DNA of 59,156 nt, the filler included. It is 3 parts of 3 records of this genome, joined end to end, with 100 filler letters (N's around TTAATTAATTAA, not from the genome) between each part and the next. Parts side by side here need not be neighbours in the genome. Positions count along the whole stretch, not along the records: positions 1 to 25,838 come from SRR31156797_3156; 2 more parts are not named here. The stretch is one strand, 5' to 3'. Made by a program: the position numbers and the translations under genes. The notes beneath the pieces are model-generated. The model searched no databases and had not been told where the DNA came from. It worked only from the letters and a program-made list of their open reading frames with translations. The number at the start of each line of letters is the position of its first letter. Within the stretch, counting starts at the first letter, position 1. Of this stretch, positions 10,432 through 20,700 are shown in pieces.

Positions 10432-10447
10432 GTGACCGGGTGGTCAC
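10432..10447. promoter_or_regulatory. putative TetR operator GTGACC-N4-GGTCAC
   Basis: Perfect 6-bp inverted repeat in the divergent tetR/mqnD intergenic region. Confidence 0.55.
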
Positions 10448-10514
10448 TATCCCTATAAGCGGTGGTCTCGCCTGTCAATAGGCGTGAAGTGATTTTATAT
10501 GCTAGGAGGCTTTT

Positions 10515-11342
10515 ATGAAGAGAATATTGACAATTGGGTATTCCCCTTGTCCAAATGATACGTATATTTTTCAAGCGCTTGCATCCGGTGTGGTGTCTTG
10601 GCCGGGCGACCTTGATATAACTTTGGCTGATGTTGAGGATTTGAACGGTCAGGCCGCTTCCGGTTTGCTTGATGTGGTTAAGGTATCTGTTGCCGCCGCT
10701 GCCGGGATTCTGGATGAATATATCCTGCTTCGGGCTGGTGGAGCCATGGGATATGGCGTTGGTCCTATTCTGGTGGCAGGAGAAGCGTGTGACCTTGCAG
10801 CATTGGACGGCAGGAAAGTAGCAATTCCGGGTCGAAATACTACGGCCAACCTGTTATTTGGTTTGTGTTGTCGTGAGGCTGGTATACACGTTGAATTGGT
10901 CGAAATGGTTTTTGATGAAGTCATGCCTGCGGTCGTGTCAGGTGAAGTCGCTGCCGGGGTTGTCATTCATGAGGGGCGTTTTACTTTCGCAGATCAGGGG
11001 TTGACGCGAATCCTTGATCTCGGTGCATGGTGGGAGAAATATACTGGGCTGCCTATTCCGTTGGGAGCCATAGCCATCAAGCGTTCTCTTGGACCTGAAG
11101 TGGCTCGTCTGATGAATGAGGCTATTCGGCAGAGTTTGATTGCTGCACGGGAGCATCCCGAAGCCGGACGTGAATATATCAAGTCGCATGCACAGGAAAT
11201 GGATGATGCTGTGATTGCAACGCACATCGATACGTTTGTGACAGAGTATAGTTTGGATGTTGGCGACGGCGGTGTAAAGGCTGTGTCCAGATTGCTGAAA
11301 GAGGCGGGATGTACTCGCGAAGATGTTTTTATCTCAGTGTAG
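10515..11342 (+). CDS. mqnD: 1,4-dihydroxy-6-naphthoate synthase MqnD
   Basis: GYSPCPNDTYIF, DVEDLN, IHEGRFT, DLGAWW..TGLPIPLG; AGGAGG RBS. Confidence 0.93.
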   Translation: MKRILTIGYSPCPNDTYIFQALASGVVSWPGDLDITLADVEDLNGQAASGLLDVVKVSVAAAAGILDEYILLRAGGAMGYGVGPILVAGEACDLAALDGRKVAIPGRNTTANLLFGLCCREAGIHVELVEMVFDEVMPAVVSGEVAAGVVIHEGRFTFADQGLTRILDLGAWWEKYTGLPIPLGAIAIKRSLGPEVARLMNEAIRQSLIAAREHPEAGREYIKSHAQEMDDAVIATHIDTFVTEYSLDVGDGGVKAVSRLLKEAGCTREDVFISV

Positions 11343-11380
11343 AAGATTTCACGGAATGATTTTTAGATGGACGGGAAGGC

Positions 11381-12283
11381 TTATGTTGCTTTCTCGTCTT
11401 TTTTATTGCCGCCTTGACTTACATATACGCCAACAATCACTAGCGCTGATGCTGCATATTGGATCCAGTTGAGCCGTTCGTTGAGAAATATCATTCCCAG
11501 AATGAGTGTGATGACCGGGATCAGGTTGATAAAGGATGAGGCCTGACCAACCGGGATTTTTGACATGCCGTAGTTATAAAGACCGTAGGCCAGGATAGTG
11601 ACCATGATACCGAGGTAAAAAATGGTGGAAATGCCGAAAAGATCAAATGATGTTGGCAATGTGGTCGAGGGCAGAAAGAGGAGAGGGAAGTAGAAAATGG
11701 CTCCGATGAATGCCTGTATCATAGTCAGAAACCACGGATTGTAACGCGGTGTTAGTTTTTTGAGAGAGATCATATACCCCACAGCGCAGACCATGGCCAT
11801 GAATTCCAGAAAGTTGCCAAGGATTGGATTGGACGCTGTCGCAGTGGATTCTGCTGCGGCAGAGAGTATGACGGCACCGATAATGGCGAGTCCGAAGCTG
11901 GCGGCCATGCGGCGAGTAAGTTTTTCGCCAAGAGTAAATCGAGCAACGACTGCAGCCATGAGTGGAAGCAGGGCGCAGATCATTCCTGCCTGTGATGCGT
12001 CTGTATATGTCAGGGCCATTGCTTCGAAGACGAAATAGAATCCTGGTTCACAGACGCCCATGAAGACAAGGAGTTTCCAGTCGCCGGCTTGATATTCGAT
12101 ATTTTTTAATTTCTTGAAAATAAGAAGAAAGCAAAGGCTGGCAATAAACATGCGACCAAAGATAACCACCATTGGGTCGAATCTTTGGAAAGCGAATTTG
12201 AGAACGATGAAGGAACTGGACCAGAGCAAGACTGCTATGCCGAGAGCTAGAAATGCTTGGGTTTTTCCTGATATTTTGCGCAA
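11381..12283 (-). CDS. DMT/EamA family transporter
   Basis: Ten hydrophobic segments in two EamA-like halves; LWSSSF, NLIPV..LG..FLNE. Confidence 0.9.
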   Translation of the reverse strand: MRKISGKTQAFLALGIAVLLWSSSFIVLKFAFQRFDPMVVIFGRMFIASLCFLLIFKKLKNIEYQAGDWKLLVFMGVCEPGFYFVFEAMALTYTDASQAGMICALLPLMAAVVARFTLGEKLTRRMAASFGLAIIGAVILSAAAESTATASNPILGNFLEFMAMVCAVGYMISLKKLTPRYNPWFLTMIQAFIGAIFYFPLLFLPSTTLPTSFDLFGISTIFYLGIMVTILAYGLYNYGMSKIPVGQASSFINLIPVITLILGMIFLNERLNWIQYAASALVIVGVYVSQGGNKKDEKAT

Positions 12284-12361
12284 TGTGTGAACCCCTTTTA
12301 CAAACTGTTCCCTGATTTACCATTGATCATATGGGATGGAAATAGGATTTGATCCATAAAA

Positions 12362-12398
12362 CGTGAAAAGGGTTCCGCATAGCGAAACCCTTTTCACG
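12362..12398. terminator. hairpin, probable intrinsic terminator
   Basis: CGTGAAAAGGGTT...AACCCTTTTCACG inverted repeat just downstream of the 12419-12688 gene. Confidence 0.7.
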
Positions 12399-12418
12399 GT
12401 GTTCTATGAAAAAAAACT

Positions 12419-12688
12419 TTAATGAGGGCAGACGGCAAGGACGTTGACCGGCTTGAACCCGTTGGCCGGGTCTTCAGCATATCGGCATCCCAAGTGGGAG
12501 TCCTCGCGTTTATGAAGGATGTCCTCTTCGGAACCGAGATAATGCGGACAGTTGTTATTGTTGCAAATAAGGATGACATTCCACCCGGTTTCGGGCGGTG
12601 CGAGCCACGCTTCCATCGTTTTGCCGCAATGCGGACAATCTCTGTCAGGCAACTCGGTGACTACTCCGGCATATTCGTGAATGACCAT
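12419..12688 (-). CDS. small Cys-rich (zinc-ribbon-like) hypothetical protein
   Basis: ATG at 12688 with AAGGAGA RBS; CPHC...CNNNNC...C..C; own downstream hairpin. Confidence 0.75.
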   Translation of the reverse strand: MVIHEYAGVVTELPDRDCPHCGKTMEAWLAPPETGWNVILICNNNNCPHYLGSEEDILHKREDSHLGCRYAEDPANGFKPVNVLAVCPH

Positions 12689-12781
12689 GGTTATCTCCTT
12701 GCAGTACGACGGAATCTGCCGTCGATCATGTTCTGTCGGCAATAGATAAAACCTGTTTGGCCTACGTCAAGAGGGAAGACC

Positions 12782-13315
12782 CTAATTTTCCCTATCAAAG
12801 GGCAAAGTTCGAAGGAATTTGAAGAGAGCTCGAGAATCTTTCGGTGGTTTTTCTTTGGCCTTTTCCCTGCGTGCGCCCAGTGTAAGCTGGCGGAGTCTCT
12901 GTCCGCTTTCGGGATGGGTCTCAAAAAGTTCTTGCAAGAGTTCATCATCCCCATCAATCAATCGTTCTCTTATTATTTCAAGACGATGGAATTCTGCTGT
13001 TTTAATGGAATGTCCATTTTTAGCAGCTTCGACAATCTCTTGTACATGACTGGTGTCAAAAGTGCGCATGAGTTTGCCCACGTACTGCATATGGCGACGT
13101 GTAGCTTCATGTTTGGGTATCTTCTTGATGAGTAGCAGCGCCGCTTCTACTTCGGGAGGGAGATGAGCCTCTTTGATTGTGGCATCACCCAGTGCTGCGA
13201 GATCTGCACCGAGTTGTTGCAAATCCTTCATGTTCTTTTTTAATTGGGTACGACTTGGGCCGTCATGGACTTCGTCGAATTCCTCGGGGCGATATATTTT
13301 GTTTTTCTTTCCCAT
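12782..13315 (-). CDS. darP: ribosome biogenesis factor YjgA/DarP (DUF615)
   Basis: PSRTQLKK.M..LQQLG, RRHMQYVGKLMR, FHRLE..RERLI, LRQL..AR, RALFKFL. Confidence 0.85.
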   Translation of the reverse strand: MGKKNKIYRPEEFDEVHDGPSRTQLKKNMKDLQQLGADLAALGDATIKEAHLPPEVEAALLLIKKIPKHEATRRHMQYVGKLMRTFDTSHVQEIVEAAKNGHSIKTAEFHRLEIIRERLIDGDDELLQELFETHPESGQRLRQLTLGARREKAKEKPPKDSRALFKFLRTLPFDREN

Positions 13316-13317
13316 TA

Positions 13318-13932
13318 TTACTTCAGGCCTGCTGTTTTCAGGTCGGTTTCAAGATTGGTATAAATGGTTTGAACTCCCTGAGTCATGGCACTGACCAGGG
13401 CTGTAGCTGAAGATTCGGGCATGGATATACGCTCGGCATATGTGCTGGAAAAAATGATTTCATTATTCGCCGAAGCTTCATCAACTACGAAGAACTGCAT
13501 TTCCACTACTGCGGCGGGTGTGTCAAGGGAATAGTCTCCATAGAGAGAGTTGATCACACCTTCAAGCGTTAATCCGGGGACGACCATGCTGCCGGGTTCG
13601 ATGATGTGGGTAAAGAGCTTTGCACCTCTGAGCCACTTGCGCAGTTCCGTGGTCAGCATGTCTGCCGGGGGGACAAAAAACATATTATAGAAGTCGGATT
13701 CGATGCGTCCCTGCTTGCCGCGATATACCAGTTCTCGGGTGTTATAGAGGTTCGATATGGACAGTCTGCGAACCTTGAGCACGAAGTCGTACCCTGATTG
13801 GGCCTGTTCTGCCGAGCGGATTGGTGTGATTTGGAAATACCTTTTATCCAAAGGTTTTCCACCCAACTTGACGCAGGCTGCGGTTGTCAGGCCTACTGCC
13901 AATATGAGGAAGAGAAGAGAGGCTTTTTTCAT
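13318..13932 (-). CDS. ABC-type transport auxiliary lipoprotein (PqiC-like)
   Basis: Lipobox-like TAAC after a hydrophobic signal; last gene of the mlaE-F-D operon. Confidence 0.75.
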   Translation of the reverse strand: MKKASLLFLILAVGLTTAACVKLGGKPLDKRYFQITPIRSAEQAQSGYDFVLKVRRLSISNLYNTRELVYRGKQGRIESDFYNMFFVPPADMLTTELRKWLRGAKLFTHIIEPGSMVVPGLTLEGVINSLYGDYSLDTPAAVVEMQFFVVDEASANNEIIFSSTYAERISMPESSATALVSAMTQGVQTIYTNLETDLKTAGLK

Positions 13933-13947
13933 GGTGTTGATCCCGGT

Positions 13948-15099
13948 TTATTGGTCTTCAGGATTGGGCTTGCTTGGCGGAGTGCCGAAGATCATGCCGG
14001 AGGGGTAGCGTTTGGCGTCCCCTGTGAGTTCCTTGATGTTCTGCATGACTTCGCGAGTATCTCCGATAATAGCGTGAATATTTGCTTCTTCAGAGGCGAC
14101 AACGCCATTCAGACGGTTAACAAGTATATGGACCTTGGCAACTGCTGCGGTCAGGTCTGTCGAGGCCTGTGAGATGTTTTCCAGAGTCGGTGCTATTTCA
14201 CCCATTGCCTTGTCCATGCGTGGGTCGCTCAAAGTCTTGCCGAGAACAACAGATGCCTGTTTGAAGCTGGCGATAGCTATTTTGGCTTCATGGGCTGCCG
14301 CAATAATGTCGTCTGCGGATTCCGTGATGATTCGATTGACGCCTCCAATGGCTCCGGCAGTATTGGGAATGATCGTATCTAAAGCAGGATCAGCCATGAG
14401 TGTGTCTGTTCGGGCCAGAATATTACGAGTACTATCAAGGATGTTGAGCATCCGTTTACCGGCTTGTTTACCACCATCGGTGTTCATGAAGTTGTCGATG
14501 GATTCAACAATGGATTTGACGTCACTGATGATGGATTCAAGGTCTTCCTGCTTGAGGCTGCTGAGTGTTTTACTGATGGTGGCGATGGCCCCTTCAACCC
14601 TGCTCAGCGTGGAGGGGACGGACGGGATATAAGCATGTTGCGGGGTCCATTTGAGAGGCAGAGGTGGGTTGCTCTTTGGATCGTCATAAACGATGTTCAG
14701 GAAAAGTTGGCCGGTCAAGCCTAGTGATGTGGGCCGTATACGCAGACCACGGGCAACATCTTTACGCAGAACTTCAATAAATTTCTCTTCATCAATGAAT
14801 TCGAAGAGATCTGGGTTGATATCGCATTCCACATAGACATATCGAACTTCTCCGATATTTGCGGGGTCGTATTTGTTTGATACAAAATTGATTTCAGCCA
14901 CTCGGCCGACGTTAACGCCTCGGAGTTTGACCGGTGAACCCACGGCAAGTCCATTGACCGATTCGTCAAAGTAGGTTTCCAGCGTATAGGTCGTCTGGAA
15001 ATATCTTCCGGCTCCGAGGACAAGAACCATCGCGACGAGCATACTAATGCCGACGATGATGAACATGCCTAATTTGAAATAATCTCGTTTTCGTACCAT
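13948..15099 (-). CDS. MlaD/MCE family protein
   Basis: N-terminal TM; ESVNGLAVGSPVKLRGVNVGRV and SLGLTG MCE motifs; long helical C-terminus. Confidence 0.9.
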   Translation of the reverse strand: MVRKRDYFKLGMFIIVGISMLVAMVLVLGAGRYFQTTYTLETYFDESVNGLAVGSPVKLRGVNVGRVAEINFVSNKYDPANIGEVRYVYVECDINPDLFEFIDEEKFIEVLRKDVARGLRIRPTSLGLTGQLFLNIVYDDPKSNPPLPLKWTPQHAYIPSVPSTLSRVEGAIATISKTLSSLKQEDLESIISDVKSIVESIDNFMNTDGGKQAGKRMLNILDSTRNILARTDTLMADPALDTIIPNTAGAIGGVNRIITESADDIIAAAHEAKIAIASFKQASVVLGKTLSDPRMDKAMGEIAPTLENISQASTDLTAAVAKVHILVNRLNGVVASEEANIHAIIGDTREVMQNIKELTGDAKRYPSGMIFGTPPSKPNPEDQ

Positions 15100-15108
15100 T
15101 CCGTATCC

Positions 15109-15903
15109 TTACTTTGCCGTTTGGGCGTGTGTGCCTTCAGCGGCTTCCAACTCCGGTTGGCGGAGGAAAAAACGTCTAACAAACTGATTGTCCGAGGTGT
15201 CCCTGAGTTTTTTGGGGTCTCCTTCGGCAACGATGGATTTGACGTCTTTGTCGAGCATGATAACCCGATCCGCGATTTTGTAAATGGATTCCAGTTCGTG
15301 GGTGACTATGACAAAGGTGATGCCAAGATTGCGTGACAGGTCGAGAATCAGTTCATCAAGTGCAGCGCTTGAAATGGGGTCAAGTCCAGCCCCTGGTTCA
15401 TCCAGAAAGAGTATGCCCGGGTCCAGGGCCATCGCTCGAGCAATAGCTGCCCGTTTTTTCATGCCGCCGGACAGGGCCGCAGGCATTTTATACGTGGCAT
15501 TTTCCAGACTGACCATGGCGAGCTTGGATTTGGCAATGAGGGTCATGGCTTCTTGTGGTAAGTCAGTGAACTCTTCCAATGGTAGCATGACGTTTTGCAA
15601 TAGGGACATGGACCCGAACAGGGCGCCCATTTGATACATCACGCCGAATTTGCGAATGATTGCGTCCCGTTTGGCTCCAAATGCGTTTGTCAGTTCTTCG
15701 TCACCATAAAAAACTTCACCAGCCATGGGATGTATAAGCCCGATCATATTCTTGAGCAACGTTGATTTGCCGCAACCTGAACCACCGAGGATAATGAAAA
15801 TTTCACCTTGCTTGATGTCAAAGCTGACGTCATCGACAATGACCGTGTTGCCATATCCGCAGGTCAAGTTTTGAACACTTATGACGGTATCTCGTTCGCG
15901 CAT
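15109..15903 (-). CDS. MlaF-type ABC transporter ATP-binding protein
   Basis: Walker A GGSGCGKS, LSGGMKKR signature, FLDEP..GLDP, VTHEL. Confidence 0.93.
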   Translation of the reverse strand: MRERDTVISVQNLTCGYGNTVIVDDVSFDIKQGEIFIILGGSGCGKSTLLKNMIGLIHPMAGEVFYGDEELTNAFGAKRDAIIRKFGVMYQMGALFGSMSLLQNVMLPLEEFTDLPQEAMTLIAKSKLAMVSLENATYKMPAALSGGMKKRAAIARAMALDPGILFLDEPGAGLDPISSAALDELILDLSRNLGITFVIVTHELESIYKIADRVIMLDKDVKSIVAEGDPKKLRDTSDNQFVRRFFLRQPELEAAEGTHAQTAK

Positions 15904-15906
15904 GTC

Positions 15907-17055
15907 TTATATCCCCAGATAATAGAAGGCCATGGCGAAAATGCCGTCGGCGAAAGCTATGAGAATAATGCCTGAAACCACTGCACTGGTGGTGGACAGG
16001 CCAACCGCGCTGGCACCGGATCGAGTTTGTATGCCGCGTAAACAACCAACGCCAGCTACCAGAAAACTGAAAACCAGTCCTTTACCCATGCCGCTCCAGA
16101 AATCCCCGTAGTCGAGATAAGAAAAGACTCGGGAGGTGAATGTGACGAGGGGGTATCCCATGGAGAGCATGACAATAGCGCCTCCGACCAGTGACGCCAG
16201 ATTGAAAAACATGATCATCAAAGGAACGACAAACATTGTAGCAATGATTTTGGGTACGACTAAAAAACGCATGGGGGATAATCCCATGGTGGTCAGTGCA
16301 TCCAATTCTTCATTGATTTTCATGGTGCCGATTTCGGCGGCAAAGGCTGAACCAGATCGGGCGGCCAGTAATATGGACGTAACCAATGGACCCATTTCGC
16401 GGAACATGACGAGGCCGAGCATGTTGGGGACGAAAATTTCGCCACCGAAACGTTGCAGGCTGATCGCAGATTGAAATGACATGATCAACCCCATGAGAAA
16501 ACCGATGAGGGTGATGATGAACAAGGATTCAACGCCGACGTTGATGCAGGAGAGCAGCACATTTTTCCAGCGAACTTGACTTGGGTGCAGAAGAGCTTCA
16601 GTGAGCAATGCCGTTGATTCTCCAACGAATGCGATCAATTCGCGGATACCGGACCAGACTTCTCCGATGGCTTCTCCGATGGCGGAGGGAATATCTCGAC
16701 GATTTTGTTTTTTTGTCTCGCGTGCTGGGAAGGAACTGTCCCATGTTAGGTTGATAAGTTTACGATCTTCTTCTCGAAGATTCTTCAGCGTGAGTTGAGC
16801 TTCTTTTTGGGCTGCAAGTTCCTTGATTTTGAGCAGCAGAGCAACCCCGGCTCCATCAATATAGGTAACATCGGCCATACCAACTTCAATGGATGTGAAG
16901 TTGGTGGAATTACCCGCTTGCACTGCTCGATCCCAGATGTTGGTAATTCCGGGAGCATCGAGACGACCGGTGAGCGCAATGACAAGAGTTCCATTTCGGT
17001 CGGAAATGGAAATTGTGGCATCGGAAAATTGGGTTGTCTGCGGTTGGTTTTTCAC
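15907..17055 (-). CDS. MlaE permease with N-terminal STAS domain
   Basis: LTGRLDA..V.YIDGAG STAS region; REMGPL, ARSGSAFAAEIGTMKINEELDAL permease motif. Confidence 0.9.
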   Translation of the reverse strand: MKNQPQTTQFSDATISISDRNGTLVIALTGRLDAPGITNIWDRAVQAGNSTNFTSIEVGMADVTYIDGAGVALLLKIKELAAQKEAQLTLKNLREEDRKLINLTWDSSFPARETKKQNRRDIPSAIGEAIGEVWSGIRELIAFVGESTALLTEALLHPSQVRWKNVLLSCINVGVESLFIITLIGFLMGLIMSFQSAISLQRFGGEIFVPNMLGLVMFREMGPLVTSILLAARSGSAFAAEIGTMKINEELDALTTMGLSPMRFLVVPKIIATMFVVPLMIMFFNLASLVGGAIVMLSMGYPLVTFTSRVFSYLDYGDFWSGMGKGLVFSFLVAGVGCLRGIQTRSGASAVGLSTTSAVVSGIILIAFADGIFAMAFYYLGI

Positions 17056-17209
17056 ACCATATCATCCTGATTATGAGCAAAGATCAAAGTTAATCGACTA
17101 CTCTAAATAACTGAGGTTTTGATAAAAAGGAAGGTAGTTGTGTGTATTTATCATGGTGTTTTTTAGGAGGTATTGACAGAAAGTGAAAAGAATATTATTC
17201 ATTTAAAGT

Positions 17210-17683
17210 ATGAATAACAGAAAAATCGACAAATTGGACTTGGAAATCCTGAATATCCTTCAGGCAGATGGCAAGGTTTCAAATGCAGAAATCGCTCGAA
17301 AGGTAGGCAAGGCGCCATCTGCCGTGCTTGAGCGTGTTCGTAAGCTCAAAAAGAGCGGTATTATCGAGGGCTACGAGTGTATCGTCAGTCATAAATCCCT
17401 TGGGCGGGGACTAACAGCATTCACTTCCATACGAGTAGAAGAGGGTGTTGGGGCCACAGAGGTGGGCCAGAAACTTGCCGAATTTCCCGAAGTTCTTGAA
17501 GTGCATTATACCGCCGGACGTGATTCCTATTTGGTCAAGGTTCGAGTTGAGGATACTGAAGCGTTGCAGGCGACACTGGCAAAGTTCGGAACTATCGGGC
17601 CAGTGCGTGACACCAACTCAACTATCGTACTGACCACGGTTAAGGAATCCCGCGTTATTCCACTTCCCCTTGAAAACGACTAA
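17210..17683 (+). CDS. Lrp/AsnC family regulator (PutR-like by position)
   Basis: DKLDLEILNILQADG..SNAEIARKVG..ERVRKL..GIIEGY; directly upstream of putA. Confidence 0.92.
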   Translation: MNNRKIDKLDLEILNILQADGKVSNAEIARKVGKAPSAVLERVRKLKKSGIIEGYECIVSHKSLGRGLTAFTSIRVEEGVGATEVGQKLAEFPEVLEVHYTAGRDSYLVKVRVEDTEALQATLAKFGTIGPVRDTNSTIVLTTVKESRVIPLPLEND

Positions 17684-17700
17684 CCTTCGAGGAGCCACAG

Positions 17701-20700
17701 ATGACAGTAAGTATTTCCTCCCTGGACCCGCAGATTATTTCTCGGGGCAGGGAGTTTTTTGCATCCATTTCCGGTGAATCCCCCTCAGTTTTCAATAAGG
17801 GTTGGTGGACAGGCAAGGTCATGGATTGGGCCATGAAAAACGAGGACTTTAAAGTCCAGATGTTTCGTTTTGTGGATGTACTGCCATATCTCAATACTTC
17901 TGAGTCACTGTCTCGGCATATCGAAGAATATTTTTCCGGCGAAGATTCCAATATCCCTGATGTGCTTAAATGGGGAGCCACCAAAACCAAGATTGGTGGC
18001 GGACTGGTCGCCAAGGTTCTGAACAAAACCATTCGTTCCAATATTGAGTCCATGGCCCGTCAGTTCATCATTGGTCAAGTCACCAAGGAAGCGGTTAAGG
18101 GCATCAGAAAACTTCGCAAGGACGGCTTTGCCTTTGTCCTTGATCTGCTTGGTGAGGCCACGGTATCCGAGGTCGAGTCCGATGCGTATCGTGACGGATA
18201 TCTCGAAGTTCTGGAAGCCATTCAGAAGGAACTCGGCAAGTGGAAGCCGCTTGATGGCGGGGCCAATGATCTTGATTGGGGCCACGCTCCCAAGGTCAAT
18301 GTGGCCGTGAAACCATCCGCTTTTTATTCTCAGTCCAAACCAGTGGACCTTGACGGGACTGTCGTGGGCATGATGTCCCGCATTGAGCCCATTTACAAGA
18401 AGACTATGGAAATGGGCGGATTCATGTGCATTGACATGGAATCTCTCAAGTACAAGGAAGCCACGGTCGAATTGTTCAAGCGCCTGCGTCTCAAATATCC
18501 TGACTACCCGCACCTTGGTATTGTTTTTCAGGCCTATTTACGGAGTGTGGATGATGATGTCCGGCATTTGCTCGAATGGGCCCGTGCGCAGAGTCTTCCG
18601 ATTTCCATACGTCTGGTCAAGGGAGCCTACTGGGATTACGAGACGGTTATTGCCAAGCAGAATGACTGGCCTGTTCCGGTCTGGACGCATAAACCTGAAT
18701 CCGACATGGCCTTTGAACGTGTCTCCAAGATGATTTTGGAGAACAGTGACATTTGCCATTTTGCCTGTGCCTCTCATAATATTCGTACTATTTCCGCTGT
18801 CATGGAGACTGCCTCGGCGTTGAATGTACCTGAGGAACGGTATGAGTTTCAGGTACTTTACGGCATGGCCGAGCCGGTGCGCAAAGGTCTCAGGAATGTT
18901 GCCAAGCGTGTTCGGCTGTATTGTCCGTATGGCGACCTGCTGCCGGGTATGGCCTACCTTGTTCGGCGCCTGCTTGAGAATACGGCAAATGAATCGTTTT
19001 TGAAGCAGACTTTTGCCGATGAAGCGGACATGGATCACCTTTTGGAGAATCCGGAAGCGACCTTGAAACGTCAGCTCGACGGCCGGTGTGCTCCGAAAGA
19101 AGAACAAGCCGGGCTGTCCCGTTTTATCAATTTCCCGGTCGTTGATTTCACCATTGAGGCGGAGCGTCATGCGTTCCCGGATTCCATTGCCACGGTACGT
19201 TCGCGTATGGGCGGTGAAGTTCCGCTGTTTATCAATGGGAAGGATGTCGTGACGAGTGACAGACTGGAATCCTATAATCCGGCTGATCCGTCAGAGATTA
19301 TCGGTTCGGTTTGTCAGGCAGGTGTTACCGAGGTGGACATCGCTATTGAAGCTGCGTCCAACGCCTATCTGTCTTGGCGAGATGTTACGCCGGAAGAACG
19401 TGCAGAAATTCTGCTCAAGGCCGCGCAATATCTGAAAGATACAATTCACGACCTATGCGCTCTTCAAGTATTGGAAGTGGGCAAACAGTGGGATCAGGCG
19501 CATGCCGACGTCGCTGAAGCCATTGATTTTCTTGAATACTATGCACGTGAAATGATCCGATTCGGTAAACCTCGTCGCATGGGGCGGGCTCCCGGCGAAA
19601 TGAGCCAGCTTTTTTATCAAGGCAAGGGCGTCGCCGCAGTTATCGCACCGTGGAATTTCCCGTTGGCTATTTCCGTAGGCATGGTGTCCGCAGCCATTGT
19701 TTCCGGGTGTTCCGTTATCTATAAGCCCGCAGGGATTTCCTCCTGTGTTGGACACAATTTGGTTGAAATGTGGAAGGCCGCAGGTTTGCCGGATGGCGTC
19801 TTCAACTATTGCCCCGGTCGCGGGTCGGTTATGGGAGACCATCTTGTGGATCATCCAGATGTGTCCGTCATCGCCTTTACCGGTTCCATGGAAGTGGGGT
19901 TGCGGATTCAGGAGCGAGCCGCCAAGGTTCAGCCCGGACAGCAGCAGTGCAAACGGGTTATCGCTGAAATGGGTGGTAAGAACGGAACTATTATCGACGA
20001 TGATGCCGATCTCGACGAAGCTGTGCTTGGCGTACTGTATGCCGCATTCGGTTTCCAAGGCCAGAAGTGCTCGGCATGCTCTCGGGTTATTGTGCTTGAT
20101 TCCATTTATGATCGTTTTATTGAGCGACTTACCGAGGCTGCCAAGTCAGTCAAGCTCGGTCCATCCGAGAATCCGGCCAATTACATGGGACCGGTAGCGG
20201 ATAAGGCAGCACAGGAAAATGTGTTGCGTTACGTCAGGATCGCAGAGGAAGAAGGCAATGTATTGGTTAAGCGTGAAGTCTCCGATGATCTCAAGTCCAC
20301 CGGTGGTTGTTATGTCCCGTTGACCATTGTGGACGGTATCACCAAGGATCATCGTATTGCGCAGGAAGAGGTCTTCGGGCCGGTTTTGTCCGTCATGCGT
20401 GCCAAGAATATGGACGAGGCTCTTGATATTGCCAATTCAACCAGATTTGCTTTGACCGGTGCCATTTACACCCGTAGCCCAGCTAACTTGGAACGTGCTT
20501 CCAGAGAGTTTCGTGTGGGTAATCTGTATCTGAACAAGCCCTCGGTTGGCGCGCTCGTCGAGCGACATGCCTTTGGCGGATTCAAGATGTCAGGCGTTGG
20601 TTCCAAGGCTGGCGGTCCCGATTATCTGCTTCAGTTTATGGATCCGCGTCTGGTCTGCGAAAACACTATGCGTCGAGGGTTCGCTCCCATCGAAGAGGAT

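Noticed and set aside
10424-10433. GACTAGTGGT occurs upstream of both TetR genes (also at 55734-55743)
   Set aside because: Only 10 bp and on contigs that appear to come from different organisms; chance or a generic TetR-like motif
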